This document shows, in pieces, positions 1 to 9,173 of a DNA stretch of 62,885 bases. A program made the translations under genes and the position numbers. Below the pieces are notes generated by a model, which was not told the DNA's origin, searched no databases, and saw nothing but the letters and a program-made list of their open reading frames with translations. The DNA lies in assembly GCA_028718865.1 (NCBI GenBank), contig JAQUKX010000006.1:1-62885 (forward strand), read 5' to 3'. How positions within the stretch are numbered: position 1 is the first letter of the stretch; each line of letters starts with the position of its first letter. Source of the stretch: Patescibacteria group bacterium (GTDB lineage Bacteria; Patescibacteriota; Patescibacteriia; UBA1558; GWA2-36-10).

Positions 1-636
1 AAAATGGACTCCACCAACAACGTCAGCTTTTTGGTTTATTTCCTCTTGATTGAAAGATTGATAATAAAGAGCACCACCTACCATTGCTTGGTCAGTTAAA
101 GAAATACCTTGCTCTTTTGACTCCCCCAAATAAAGATCAATATCGTCATTGACTTGACCACTAAGGCGAAAAGTCGCCAAAGCCGCCTCTACTTTTCCTT
201 GGACAATTCCTGACAGACTCAAAGACTGCCCAACAAAGCCAAGATGTCCCAAAACTGAAGCTTCTTTTTCTAAATAAAAAAACTGGCCCAGGGCAGATAC
301 ATTTCTACTAATTTCACTTTCCTCCAAGGTAATATATTGGCCGGCCAAACGCAAAGAGCCATTTATCTTGCCTTTGATTTTGATAGAATTAGCCGCAGCA
401 AAAATATCGCCATTAATGTTGTCGGAATCTATTTTGATGGAAGAACCAGCCAAAAACAAATCACCATTGACTGTGCCATAAATCTCAATATTGTTGCCAG
501 CCGCGTAATAGTTGCCATTTATTACTTCGTCAGCTCCCAGATAAACCACATCACCACTTTGAGTAGCTAGGGCAAAAATAGGTAAAGGAGCTAAAAAGAC
601 TAAAGACATTAAGAAAAAAATCAATTTTTTAGACAT
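1..636 (-). CDS. Partial (3'-truncated by window edge) exported/membrane protein with bactofilin/polymer-forming-cytoskeletal-like beta-helix repeats
   Basis: Not in the ORF track. Hand translation from ATG at 636 is open to position 1: MSKKLIFFLMSLVFLAPLPIFALATQSGDVVYLGADEVINGNYYAAGNNIEIYGTVNGDLFLAGSSIKI...INGDIFAAANSIKIKGKINGSLRLAG; signal peptide plus repeated G-x-V/I-N-G-D/S motifs. Confidence 0.75.
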   Translation of the reverse strand, partial: MSKKLIFFLMSLVFLAPLPIFALATQSGDVVYLGADEVINGNYYAAGNNIEIYGTVNGDLFLAGSSIKIDSDNINGDIFAAANSIKIKGKINGSLRLAGQYITLEESEISRNVSALGQFFYLEKEASVLGHLGFVGQSLSLSGIVQGKVEAALATFRLSGQVNDDIDLYLGESKEQGISLTDQAMVGGALYYQSFNQEEINQKADVVGGVHF

Positions 637-753
637 AGAAGTAGGCTAATTATTAAATATTTATGCCTGCATTTTAGCATAAAAAAACAAAAAAATACAA
701 CTAAAAATAGGGTTATTTCACCCTATTTTAGATTAATTTATATCCTTGATAAT

Positions 754-2667
754 TTATAAATTGAGCCTATAGCCTTGGCTGGGCACATTATCTTGATTGA
801 CCACAAACAGATAAAGGCCGTTACTTATATCTGCTTGGTTGAAACTGCCCAAATTAACGGAAATATTTATCTGGCTATTATTCCAAGTATCTTTGGGAAC
901 CTGAATCTCTCTGTGGCTAGTAGCATCCCAAGTGGCAGCATTGCCTATTTCCACTCGGGAAAAAGTATGGTCAACATAAAGCTCAGAAATATAATGACGC
1001 AAACGGGCACGGTTTGTCCCTTCATTAATTGCCCGCATATTGCCATTACGGAAATAATGACCGATAGCTAAAGTATCAAAAACTGAGCTTTCACAACCTT
1101 GAGTCAAAAAAACTCCGGAAATATCAGCTATTAAATCCAAATTATTGTAACCTCTACTAAAACCATTGGCATTGAGAGGCGTGCCCATGGTCACCATTCT
1201 TTCAATTCGCACCCAGCGACCGGTGTTATTACGATAAGAGCTACTTCTACTGCCTGCTGACTGGTTAAGATTACAATCTACATAACCGACTCCGCCGCTA
1301 CCAGTTAATCCATTGCCAGTACAACCTTCTCCTAAATCCTGACACCAATTCTCATCCCATCTAGCTTGCGGGTATTGGGGTTGAGGTCGATAATATAAAT
1401 TACCATAAATTTTTACATTATCAGATTGAAAAGCAGTATTGTCATAATCATCTTGATAGCCCCAATAAGAAACATACCAAGTTTGAGAAGGACTGCTTCT
1501 TACTTCAATAGCTTTATTATAAGCGCAAGAACTATCAATAGATCCATCTGATCGAGTAAAATAATCTATTGGGTTGTTGAAATCTTGTAGTAAAACAATA
1601 TCGCCAGACTTCCTTTGAATAGCGTTAGAGTAATAGGGTACGCGACAACTTCCTTGGGTGTCAAATGGACCAGCGTTAACCCCTCCTATATTTCTACCTA
1701 CATAAACATTTCCTGGTGTTCCATTTTGAAAATCATCCCAACGATAAGGAGCGGCCTGGCCAGTAGATTTAAATCCAAAATTACTACCAGTAATACTTAA
1801 GGTGGCGCCCTGAATTAAAGAACCAGAAACAGAGTTAATATGAGGATCATTTGGATTAGAAGGTGGCGGTGGGACTGGGTCTGGCTCTGGATCAGGATTA
1901 GGCTGCGGAGAGGGCGTTGGAGTTGGTGTTGGCTCTGGAGTTGGCTGCGGAGAAGGGTCAGTTGTACTACTGGCTGGTCGAGGAATAAAAGTATTAACAT
2001 AATTAGCTAAATCTTGCTCTGAAGAAGTAGCATCAGGATAACGAGCAAGATTGCTAAGCAAAATAGCATCTCCTTCTTTTAATCTATAAGCTGTTCGTAA
2101 GCTGGCGCTGTCTAAAGCTATTTTTTTGCCTTGAGCAATATAATAAAGGCGATTATTACTTTGAGCTCTTACCAAAGCGCCGCTGGGCAACATATCGGAT
2201 AAATTGGATCCTAGGCTATAGGTGGTAGCAAAAAAACCAGGCAAAACATCAATTACTCTGCTTGCCCAATTTAAACCAAAAAGATCTATAGCTATTTCTT
2301 CTGAAGGAATCCAGCGAGTCAGACCATTTGGTTCAAGGGCATAGACTCTGGCTGTATTTTGATGAGTAATTAATTTAGTGCCTTCTCTAACTGGCATTGC
2401 CCCGCCATCAGGATATTGATCCAGGATACTAGAAGCTACTTTTTTTACTTGGGAAAAATCATCAAACCAAGTAAAATAGGTTTTACTTTCTGGGAAAACA
2501 TATTTTTTCCCATCAGGAGCTATATAATAAACCGCCGAACCGCCAATGGCTGATAGCAAGGATCCTGGAGCATAGCTCTGAACTTGAGCTTTTATTTGAC
2601 TAGAGCTATTTAGTCCCAATAAAAGAGTAAAAAATAGGAAAATAGCGATAATATATTTAATACGCAT
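754..2667 (-). CDS. Secreted/surface protein: signal peptide, CPR-type repeat domain, Pro/Thr linker, C-terminal Ig-like plus putative glycan-binding beta domain
   Basis: Hydrophobic N-terminus; GSLL..VYYIAPDGKKYVFP..TYFTWFDDFS motif; PTPEPTPTPTPSPQPNPDPEP linker; GATLSITGSNFG start of the C-terminal module. Confidence 0.75.
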   Translation of the reverse strand: MRIKYIIAIFLFFTLLLGLNSSSQIKAQVQSYAPGSLLSAIGGSAVYYIAPDGKKYVFPESKTYFTWFDDFSQVKKVASSILDQYPDGGAMPVREGTKLITHQNTARVYALEPNGLTRWIPSEEIAIDLFGLNWASRVIDVLPGFFATTYSLGSNLSDMLPSGALVRAQSNNRLYYIAQGKKIALDSASLRTAYRLKEGDAILLSNLARYPDATSSEQDLANYVNTFIPRPASSTTDPSPQPTPEPTPTPTPSPQPNPDPEPDPVPPPPSNPNDPHINSVSGSLIQGATLSITGSNFGFKSTGQAAPYRWDDFQNGTPGNVYVGRNIGGVNAGPFDTQGSCRVPYYSNAIQRKSGDIVLLQDFNNPIDYFTRSDGSIDSSCAYNKAIEVRSSPSQTWYVSYWGYQDDYDNTAFQSDNVKIYGNLYYRPQPQYPQARWDENWCQDLGEGCTGNGLTGSGGVGYVDCNLNQSAGSRSSSYRNNTGRWVRIERMVTMGTPLNANGFSRGYNNLDLIADISGVFLTQGCESSVFDTLAIGHYFRNGNMRAINEGTNRARLRHYISELYVDHTFSRVEIGNAATWDATSHREIQVPKDTWNNSQINISVNLGSFNQADISNGLYLFVVNQDNVPSQGYRLNL

Positions 2668-2733
2668 AGATGATATAAATTAATGCTAATATAATCATAT
2701 ATTAGCATTTTTTAATAAAAGGCAAAATATAAG

Positions 2734-3423
2734 TCATTTTTTTCTTACCAGACAATTCAAGTTGAATTTTGTTCTATAAACTCCCTTGGGAGACAAATCA
2801 AAACCGGATTTTTTTAAAATACTCTTGAGTTCGCCAGCCGTAAAAGCATGATAATAGCGCCAATTGCCTTTTTTTACGTGATTGGAATCTAATTTATCGG
2901 AAGTAAGCTGATAAGGAATAAAAACATCATTAAATTCTTTTTTGTTTTTAATATTTTTAAAAAAATACTTCAGATATTTTTTCTGCCAAAGGTTCCAATT
3001 GGTCATAAATAAATATCCACCCGGTTTAAGCCAGCTGTTTATTTTTTTGAGTAGCTCTAGACGATTTTTGCGGTCATAGATATGATGAAAAGAAGCAATC
3101 ATAAAAATAGCGTCAAAACTAGCTACTGGAAAATCCATTTTTTCTATATCCTCTATTGTAAATTTATAACCGGGCCAATCTTTTTTGGCTTGCTCTATCA
3201 GCCCTTGGCTGAAATCAATTCCTAAATAATCAAAAGAAAAATCCAACTCGGAAAGAGTCTTGAGCAAACGGCCATTGCCACAGCCCAAGTCCAAGAGCTT
3301 GAAGCCCGGCTTGATATATGGTATAAAAACTTCCAGTTCTGGCCAAGGAAAAACTCGAGTAACCGAAAAATCACTGGCAATATCATCGTAAGTTTTTTTT
3401 AATTCACCTTTTATGTCTATCAT
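2734..3423 (-). CDS. Class I SAM methyltransferase, Trm9/ALKBH8-like (putative tRNA cm5U34 methyltransferase)
   Basis: YDDIASDFSVTRVFPWP, DLGCGNGR, IASFHH, DVFIPY and RYYH parallel yeast Trm9 motifs as recalled; overlaps the elp3 start. Confidence 0.75.
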   Translation of the reverse strand: MIDIKGELKKTYDDIASDFSVTRVFPWPELEVFIPYIKPGFKLLDLGCGNGRLLKTLSELDFSFDYLGIDFSQGLIEQAKKDWPGYKFTIEDIEKMDFPVASFDAIFMIASFHHIYDRKNRLELLKKINSWLKPGGYLFMTNWNLWQKKYLKYFFKNIKNKKEFNDVFIPYQLTSDKLDSNHVKKGNWRYYHAFTAGELKSILKKSGFDLSPKGVYRTKFNLNCLVRKK

Positions 3424-5056
3424 TGATAAAAAAAAGAAAAAAATATTAGAAGAAATAGTCTTAAAACTAGATAAAGAAAATTATAATAGCGAGCTTGATT
3501 TTGTCAAAAAATTCCGAAAAGCATTTTCTCAATCAGGCTTAGAGCCGCATTCTAAAGCTACACTGATTTCTATTTACCGTCAACTGCTAAAAAGCAAAAA
3601 AATCAAGGCTAATAAAAAATTTGAAGAGCTTTTAAAAAAACGAGCCGTCCGCACTCTGTCTGGAGTTTCGGTTATTACGGTTTTGACCAAGCCTTTTCCT
3701 TGCCCCGGTAAATGCCTTTACTGTCCGGCTGAGCCAAAAATGCCCAAAAGCTATCTTTCCAATGAGCCGGCTGCCCAACGTGCCAAAAGGAATCTGTTTG
3801 ATCCAGTCAAACAAGTAAGTATGCGCATCCAAGCTCTTTTAAACAACGGCCATAGTGTAGATAAGTTGGAGGTTTTGGTTTTGGGTGGCACCTGGTCAGC
3901 TTATCCAGAAATTTACCAAAAAAATTTTATTCGTGACTTATTTTATGCCGCCAATACTTTTCGTCCAGCCAGCTCGGGACAAATTGCCAAAAGAATAAAG
4001 CGAAAAAAATATACTCTGGTCAAAGAACAGAAAATAAACGAAAAAACCAAATACAAAATTATTGGCTTAACTTTGGAAACTAGGCCAGATTTTATCAATG
4101 AATTAGAAATAAAAAAATTAAGGGAACTAGGTTGTACCCGGGTGCAAATCGGCGTTCAACATACTGATGACAAAATACTACAAAAAATCCAACGCGGTCA
4201 CGGACTAAAAGAAAGCATCAAGGCTACCCAGCTACTAAAAGAAGTTGGTTTTAAAGTTGACCATCATTATATGCCCGACTTGCCCGGATCAAGTCCGGCC
4301 AAAGATCTCAAAATGTTTGAATATGTTTATAAATCTCCCGATCTGCAACCCGACCAGATAAAAATATATCCTTGCATAGTCAATCCTTATGCCCCCCTTT
4401 ACAAATTATATAAATCTGGAAAATATAAACCCTACTCGCCTAAACAGCTCATTGATCTACTTTTGAAAATAAAACAAATTACGCCGCCTTGGATAAGAAT
4501 AAACCGACTGATTAGAGATATTCCCAAAGAAAGTATAGCGGCTGGTAATAAAATAACCAATCTCCGTCAATATCTCCAACAGGAGTTAAAAAAACAAGGT
4601 AAAAGTTGCCCTTGTTTGCGTTGTCGAGAAGTAAAAAATGAAAATCAAAATATAGCTAAAGCCATATTAACTAAAAGGGAATATCCAGCTTCCCAAGGCC
4701 AAGAAATATTTTTGAGCTTTGAAAGCTCTGATCAAAAAAAAGTCTACGCCTTTTTACGTTTACGGTTTAATAAAAATAAAAAAGAAAATATTTTTGCTGA
4801 ACTAAAAAATTCTGCCCTAGTTAGAGAACTGCATGTCTATGGCCAGATGAAACCAGTTTATAAAGAAGATAGTGATGAGGAAATTGGCCAAACACAGCAT
4901 TTGGGATTAGGTAAAAAACTAATGGCTGAGGCGGAAAAGATAGTAAAAAGTAAAGGCTATCAAAAAATAGCCGTCATATCTGGCATAGGAGTGAGAAATT
5001 ATTATCGCCAGCTAGGTTATAAACTAGAAGGAACTTATATGACCAAAAACCTATAA
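3413..5056 (+). CDS. elp3: Elp3 family radical SAM/GNAT tRNA U34 carboxymethyltransferase
   Basis: CPGKCLYC (CX3CX2C), ETRPD, VRELHVYG, QHLGLGKKLM, ISGIGVRNYY. Confidence 0.93.
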   Translation: MSIIDKKKKKILEEIVLKLDKENYNSELDFVKKFRKAFSQSGLEPHSKATLISIYRQLLKSKKIKANKKFEELLKKRAVRTLSGVSVITVLTKPFPCPGKCLYCPAEPKMPKSYLSNEPAAQRAKRNLFDPVKQVSMRIQALLNNGHSVDKLEVLVLGGTWSAYPEIYQKNFIRDLFYAANTFRPASSGQIAKRIKRKKYTLVKEQKINEKTKYKIIGLTLETRPDFINELEIKKLRELGCTRVQIGVQHTDDKILQKIQRGHGLKESIKATQLLKEVGFKVDHHYMPDLPGSSPAKDLKMFEYVYKSPDLQPDQIKIYPCIVNPYAPLYKLYKSGKYKPYSPKQLIDLLLKIKQITPPWIRINRLIRDIPKESIAAGNKITNLRQYLQQELKKQGKSCPCLRCREVKNENQNIAKAILTKREYPASQGQEIFLSFESSDQKKVYAFLRLRFNKNKKENIFAELKNSALVRELHVYGQMKPVYKEDSDEEIGQTQHLGLGKKLMAEAEKIVKSKGYQKIAVISGIGVRNYYRQLGYKLEGTYMTKNL

Positions 5057-5136
5057 TCTTTGACAAAAAACCCAAAATATAATTAAATAGTCAAGGTTAG
5101 ACGATCTTTTTCATTCTCAACAAGAGGAGGCCTATC

Positions 5137-5940
5137 TTGTGCCAAAAAACAGTCTCCATCAGTACAAATAGGTCTGATGGAAAATTAGGAGTGGAATTTG
5201 ATTCTCCCCAAACCCTAGCTGCTTTTCTAGATTTCATTCTAGCCATAGATAAGCCCGAGTTAAGACACTTTGTGCCTGTTCTAGAAAATGACGGCATCCT
5301 GCCCCAAGACGATCCTGGTTTTGAAGACTACCTGAAGAAAATGGGCATAACACCCTGGACCATACCTGGGGATATGAGGGCCTATTTTCTCGTCAAATTC
5401 CAAGAAGATGCTAACTGGTGGGAAAATTTACCTCTAGACAAACGAAACGATTTGATTGCCAAACACCCTAGCCTTAGAAGGAGGCCGGTCATGAACCTGG
5501 AGCGCTTGGAAAAGCTCAGCTTGGATGAACTAGATTTGTTTATCCAGAACCTACGCGTCCGCTTGACCAAGGAGGACTTCAGTCATCCCAAAAATCTCTT
5601 CATCAGAGATGTCTGCCTGCCGATACTGGTGGCTCTGAGACAAGGACAAGGGTTGACGGCCGAAAGCTGGGAGTTGCTGGCTCTGGCTGAAAGCCGAGGC
5701 TTCAGCCGCCATGAAATCGAAACCAGCATCAACGATGCCTACGACCACTTCGTCCGGCCGGTGAACAATCAACAAGCTGCCAAGTATCTGGGGATTTCCC
5801 CTCGACACTGCCGGCGAGTGATCGCTCGCATTGCCAAGTTCAACGGCGATGCCCGCAAGTCCATCACCAAGAAACACTGGCTGGTACCGGTCTCAGCGCT
5901 GGATGACTGGCTACTGCGCCACCGCTTGCGTCTGTCTTGA
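5137..5940 (+). CDS. Orphan protein with C-terminal excisionase-like helix-turn-helix
   Basis: AGGAGG 6 nt before a TTG start; C-terminal NNQQAAKYLGISPRHCRRVI...WLVPVSALDDWL; own terminator. Confidence 0.65.
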   Translation: MCQKTVSISTNRSDGKLGVEFDSPQTLAAFLDFILAIDKPELRHFVPVLENDGILPQDDPGFEDYLKKMGITPWTIPGDMRAYFLVKFQEDANWWENLPLDKRNDLIAKHPSLRRRPVMNLERLEKLSLDELDLFIQNLRVRLTKEDFSHPKNLFIRDVCLPILVALRQGQGLTAESWELLALAESRGFSRHEIETSINDAYDHFVRPVNNQQAAKYLGISPRHCRRVIARIAKFNGDARKSITKKHWLVPVSALDDWLLRHRLRLS

Positions 5941-5952
5941 CAGATCTAGCTT

Positions 5953-5989
5953 CGGCCGGCTCCTCTTAGGAGCCGGCCGCACTTTTTTT
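5953..5989 (+). terminator. Rho-independent terminator
   Basis: CGGCCGGCTCCT-CTT-AGGAGCCGGCCG perfect 12-bp stem followed by T7. Confidence 0.85.
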
Positions 5990-6108
5990 CAATTAGATAA
6001 AAATATACTTTGATTTATTAAATAAATTAGAAAATCAATCTGTTTTCAAATATTGCTTAAAATTATTTAACAGGGTAAACTAAATAGCGTATTATTACCC
6101 TTATAATT

Positions 6109-7395
6109 ATGAAAAATTTAAATAAAATTGATCCTGCCATAGCCCAAATACTGGAAAAAGAGTTGTCTCGCCAAAGACTGGGAGCAGAAATGATTGCTTC
6201 GGAAAACTTTGTTTCCCTAGCTGTTTTGGAAGCTACTGGCTCAATCTTGACCAATAAATATGCCGAAGGTTATCCAACTAAAAGATATTATGGTGGCAAT
6301 GAATTTATTGATCAGGCGGAAAACTTGGCTATTGAGCGGGCCAAAAAATTATTCAAAGCTCAGCATGCTAATGTTCAGCCTCATGCTGGCAGTCAAGCCA
6401 ATATGGAAACTTATTTTGCTCTGGCTGAGCTGGGCGACACGATCTTAGGATTTTCTCTGGCTCATGGTGGCCATTTGACTCATGGCCATCCGGTTAATTT
6501 TTCCGGCAAATTTTATAACTTTATCCACTACGGCGTAGATGAAAAAAGCGAGTTGATTGATTTTGACCAGGTGCGCGCTTTGGCTAAAAAAAATAAACCA
6601 AAAATAATTCTAGCTGGCGCTAGTGCTTATCCTAGAAAAATTGATTTTAAAATTTTTAAAGAAATTGCCGATGAAATGGGCGCTTATCTAGTAGTAGACA
6701 TGGCTCATATTGCTGGGCTGGTAGCGACCGGACTTCATCCTGATCCTATTCCTTATGCTGATGTCGTGACAACTACTACTCACAAAACATTGCGTGGCCC
6801 CCGAGGAGCAATGATCTTGTCTAAGATTGAAGATAGGCTAAGACCAAACGACAACCCTTCGGCTTCGCTCATGACTAGAAAAAATTTGGCACAAAAAATA
6901 GACAGCGCTGTTTTTCCTGGTATGCAAGGCGGACCACTGGAACACGTCATTGCTGCCAAGGCCGTAGCTTTTGGCGAAGCTCTGCAGCCGGAATTCAAAA
7001 CTTATCAAGAACAAGTAATCAAAAACTGCAAAGCTCTGGAAAACAAATTCCATGAAGCCGAAATAAAAATGGTTTCTGGCGGAACTGATAATCATCTACT
7101 CTTGTTAGACGTAAGTAAAATTGGATTGTCAGGCAAAGAAGCCGAAAGATTGCTGGACAGCGTCCATATCTTCACCAATAAAAACATGATTCCTTTTGAT
7201 CAGCGAAAGCCAATGGATCCATCTGGCATCAGACTGGGCACAGCTGCTTTAACTACTCGCGGACTAAAAGAAAAAGAAATGGCAATTATTGCCAATATTA
7301 TTATTGACACTCTCAAGGGCAAACAAGCTAAAGACAGCAATAAGAAAAATGTCATGGAGCTGATGAAAGAATTTCCTCTTTATCCGGAATTATAA
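6109..7395 (+). CDS. glyA: Serine hydroxymethyltransferase
   Basis: [41 protein letters not shown]. Confidence 0.97.
   Translation: MKNLNKIDPAIAQILEKELSRQRLGAEMIASENFVSLAVLEATGSILTNKYAEGYPTKRYYGGNEFIDQAENLAIERAKKLFKAQHANVQPHAGSQANMETYFALAELGDTILGFSLAHGGHLTHGHPVNFSGKFYNFIHYGVDEKSELIDFDQVRALAKKNKPKIILAGASAYPRKIDFKIFKEIADEMGAYLVVDMAHIAGLVATGLHPDPIPYADVVTTTTHKTLRGPRGAMILSKIEDRLRPNDNPSASLMTRKNLAQKIDSAVFPGMQGGPLEHVIAAKAVAFGEALQPEFKTYQEQVIKNCKALENKFHEAEIKMVSGGTDNHLLLLDVSKIGLSGKEAERLLDSVHIFTNKNMIPFDQRKPMDPSGIRLGTAALTTRGLKEKEMAIIANIIIDTLKGKQAKDSNKKNVMELMKEFPLYPEL
6855..6875 (+). repeat. REP-like element remnant (CCCTTCGGCTTCGCTCATGAC) in-frame inside glyA
   Basis: Ends in ATGAC like the elements at 7458 and 11918; encodes PSASLMT in a loop region. 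Confidence 0.5.
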
Positions 7396-7406
7396 TATTT
7401 TGTTAT

Positions 7407-7430
7407 TTCGTCCGCCAGCTGACGGACGAA
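7407..7430. repeat. Palindrome of the CCGCCAGCTG-CGG family / terminator-like hairpin after glyA
   Basis: TTCGTCCG-CCAGCTGA-CGGACGAA; similar cores at 19624 and 23191. Confidence 0.6.
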
Positions 7431-7457
7431 AAATCTATATATAATATAACATTCAAA

Positions 7458-7483
7458 AGATCTCTCCATTCCGTCGAGATGAC
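7458..7483. repeat. ATGAC-ended REP-like element upstream of folD
   Basis: AGATCTCTCCATTCCGTCGAGATGAC, imperfect hairpin ATCTC...GAGAT plus GAC. Confidence 0.5.
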
Positions 7484-7494
7484 AATTAAAAACT

Positions 7495-8334
7495 ATGGAA
7501 AAAATACTAGACGGCAGAGCACTAGCTCAAGAAATTCAAAATAAAATAGCTCAGGAAATCAGAGCCAAAAAAATCCTTCCTGGACTGGCGGTGATTTTGG
7601 TTGGCGATGATCCAGCTAGCCATCTTTATGTCAATAAAAAGAAAAAAGCTGCCCAAGAAGTTGGCATTGATTTTCACCTTTATTTGCTGGCAGCTGACAG
7701 CTCGCAGGAAAAAATAATTGAAGTCATAAAATTTTTAAATCAGGACGAAAAAATAAACGCAATCTTGGTTCAACTGCCTCTGCCCAAGCATCTCGACACC
7801 AATACCGTTATCAAAGCGATTGCTCCCCAAAAAGATGTCGATGGATTCCATCCCAAAAACATCCAAGACTTTTTGGCCGACAAGGCCTTGATTACTCCTG
7901 GCCTGCCTTTGGGCATACTGCGCCTGCTGGAAAAAAGCGGCCAAGCTCTGACTGGCAAGCAAGCCGTGATAGTTTCCAAAAGCGAAATTTTCTTCCAGCC
8001 AATGGCAAAAATACTGGCTGACCGGCAAATGTCTGTGCTAAGCGTCAAGCCAGACAGCGCTGATCTGCAAAAACTATGCCAAAGCGCTGATGTTTTGATA
8101 GTATCCTGCGGACTGCCTTTTTTTATCAAAGCAGACATGGTTAAGCCCGACGCTATTATTATTGATGTGGGCACAAACAAAATAGACAACGATTATGTTG
8201 TCGGTGATGTGGATTATAGCGCTGTATTTGATAAGGTAAAATTTATCACTCCAGTTCCCGGCGGTGTCGGACCAATGACCGTGGCCATGTTGCTTTACAA
8301 CACCCTAAAATTGGCTGAAAATAAAAAAAATTAA
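7495..8334 (+). CDS. folD: Bifunctional methylenetetrahydrofolate dehydrogenase/cyclohydrolase
   Basis: ILVQLPLP, KDVDGFHP, IIDVG, ITPVPGGVGPMTVAML. Confidence 0.97.
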   Translation: MEKILDGRALAQEIQNKIAQEIRAKKILPGLAVILVGDDPASHLYVNKKKKAAQEVGIDFHLYLLAADSSQEKIIEVIKFLNQDEKINAILVQLPLPKHLDTNTVIKAIAPQKDVDGFHPKNIQDFLADKALITPGLPLGILRLLEKSGQALTGKQAVIVSKSEIFFQPMAKILADRQMSVLSVKPDSADLQKLCQSADVLIVSCGLPFFIKADMVKPDAIIIDVGTNKIDNDYVVGDVDYSAVFDKVKFITPVPGGVGPMTVAMLLYNTLKLAENKKN

Positions 8335-9143
8335 ATCAAGGTCTTTTGCCAAGAGCTCATCTGACCAACAGCCTGAGCTTTTTTTATTTTGTCTATATCA
8401 AAGACTCTGACTGCCCCTCGCAAATGACAATACGCTTTTACTTTGCCATCATAAATTCGCTGAATATCTATCTTTCGAACGCTATCATTGCCAGCCTCAT
8501 CCATATACTCTATTTCCAGCTGCTGACCATCTTTTAAAGCTTCTTTTATTTTTTCCGCAATGGTCTTGCCATTACCGTTAGCCCAGCGAGCCATTATTTT
8601 TTCCTTGCGACCGGCATTTTGATACCAAATATGCCCGTGCTCTCGACCATAATCATAGATTTCTTTGGTTACCTTGACATCGTCCAGACAATATTTTATC
8701 AAACTGTCCCAGTCTCCCTGCTTATAATAATAAATTGCGTCCAAGCCTTCGCCTGACTTGCCATGACCCAAAGTGCTCTGGGCAATGGTTTCCAGCTTCA
8801 AGCGATGACCTAGAGCATAAACCACTTCTTCCAAAATATCCAAATGATTAATGGAAAATAAGTCAAAATCCTTAAAATAAGGCTGGAGCACAGTAAAATC
8901 AAAACTCTTGCTATTGAAGCCGATTATCAATTTGCTGTTTTTGATCAGCTCCAAAAGCTCGCCGAACTCTTCTTCCTTGAAGCCGCGATATTTATCTTTA
9001 TTGTAAGAATAAACTCCCACCAAAGACACGCCCAAAAGATGACGGTTGTGCTGGCCGCCTACTTCCTCAAAAGTTTTTTTGGTTTCTAGATCTAAAACGA
9101 TTTTATCCCCGCTTTTTTCCGGGGCAGAATTTGTTGCTGACAT
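8331..9143 (-). CDS. RNase H-like DEDD 3'-5' exonuclease fused to C-terminal WYL domain
   Basis: VLDLET, FNSKSFD and YCLDDV exo motifs; C-terminal LEIEYMD..RKIDIQRI..VKAYCHLRGAVRVFDIDKI. Confidence 0.75.
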   Translation of the reverse strand: MSATNSAPEKSGDKIVLDLETKKTFEEVGGQHNRHLLGVSLVGVYSYNKDKYRGFKEEEFGELLELIKNSKLIIGFNSKSFDFTVLQPYFKDFDLFSINHLDILEEVVYALGHRLKLETIAQSTLGHGKSGEGLDAIYYYKQGDWDSLIKYCLDDVKVTKEIYDYGREHGHIWYQNAGRKEKIMARWANGNGKTIAEKIKEALKDGQQLEIEYMDEAGNDSVRKIDIQRIYDGKVKAYCHLRGAVRVFDIDKIKKAQAVGQMSSWQKTLI

Positions 9144-9173
9144 GGCTACTATTATAACAAATTTATTTTAGCA

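Noticed and set aside
1861-1960. Imperfect tandem repeats (GGCTCTGG/GGCTGCGGAG)
   Set aside because: They encode the Pro/Thr linker of the surface protein; no constant repeat-spacer periodicity, so not a CRISPR array
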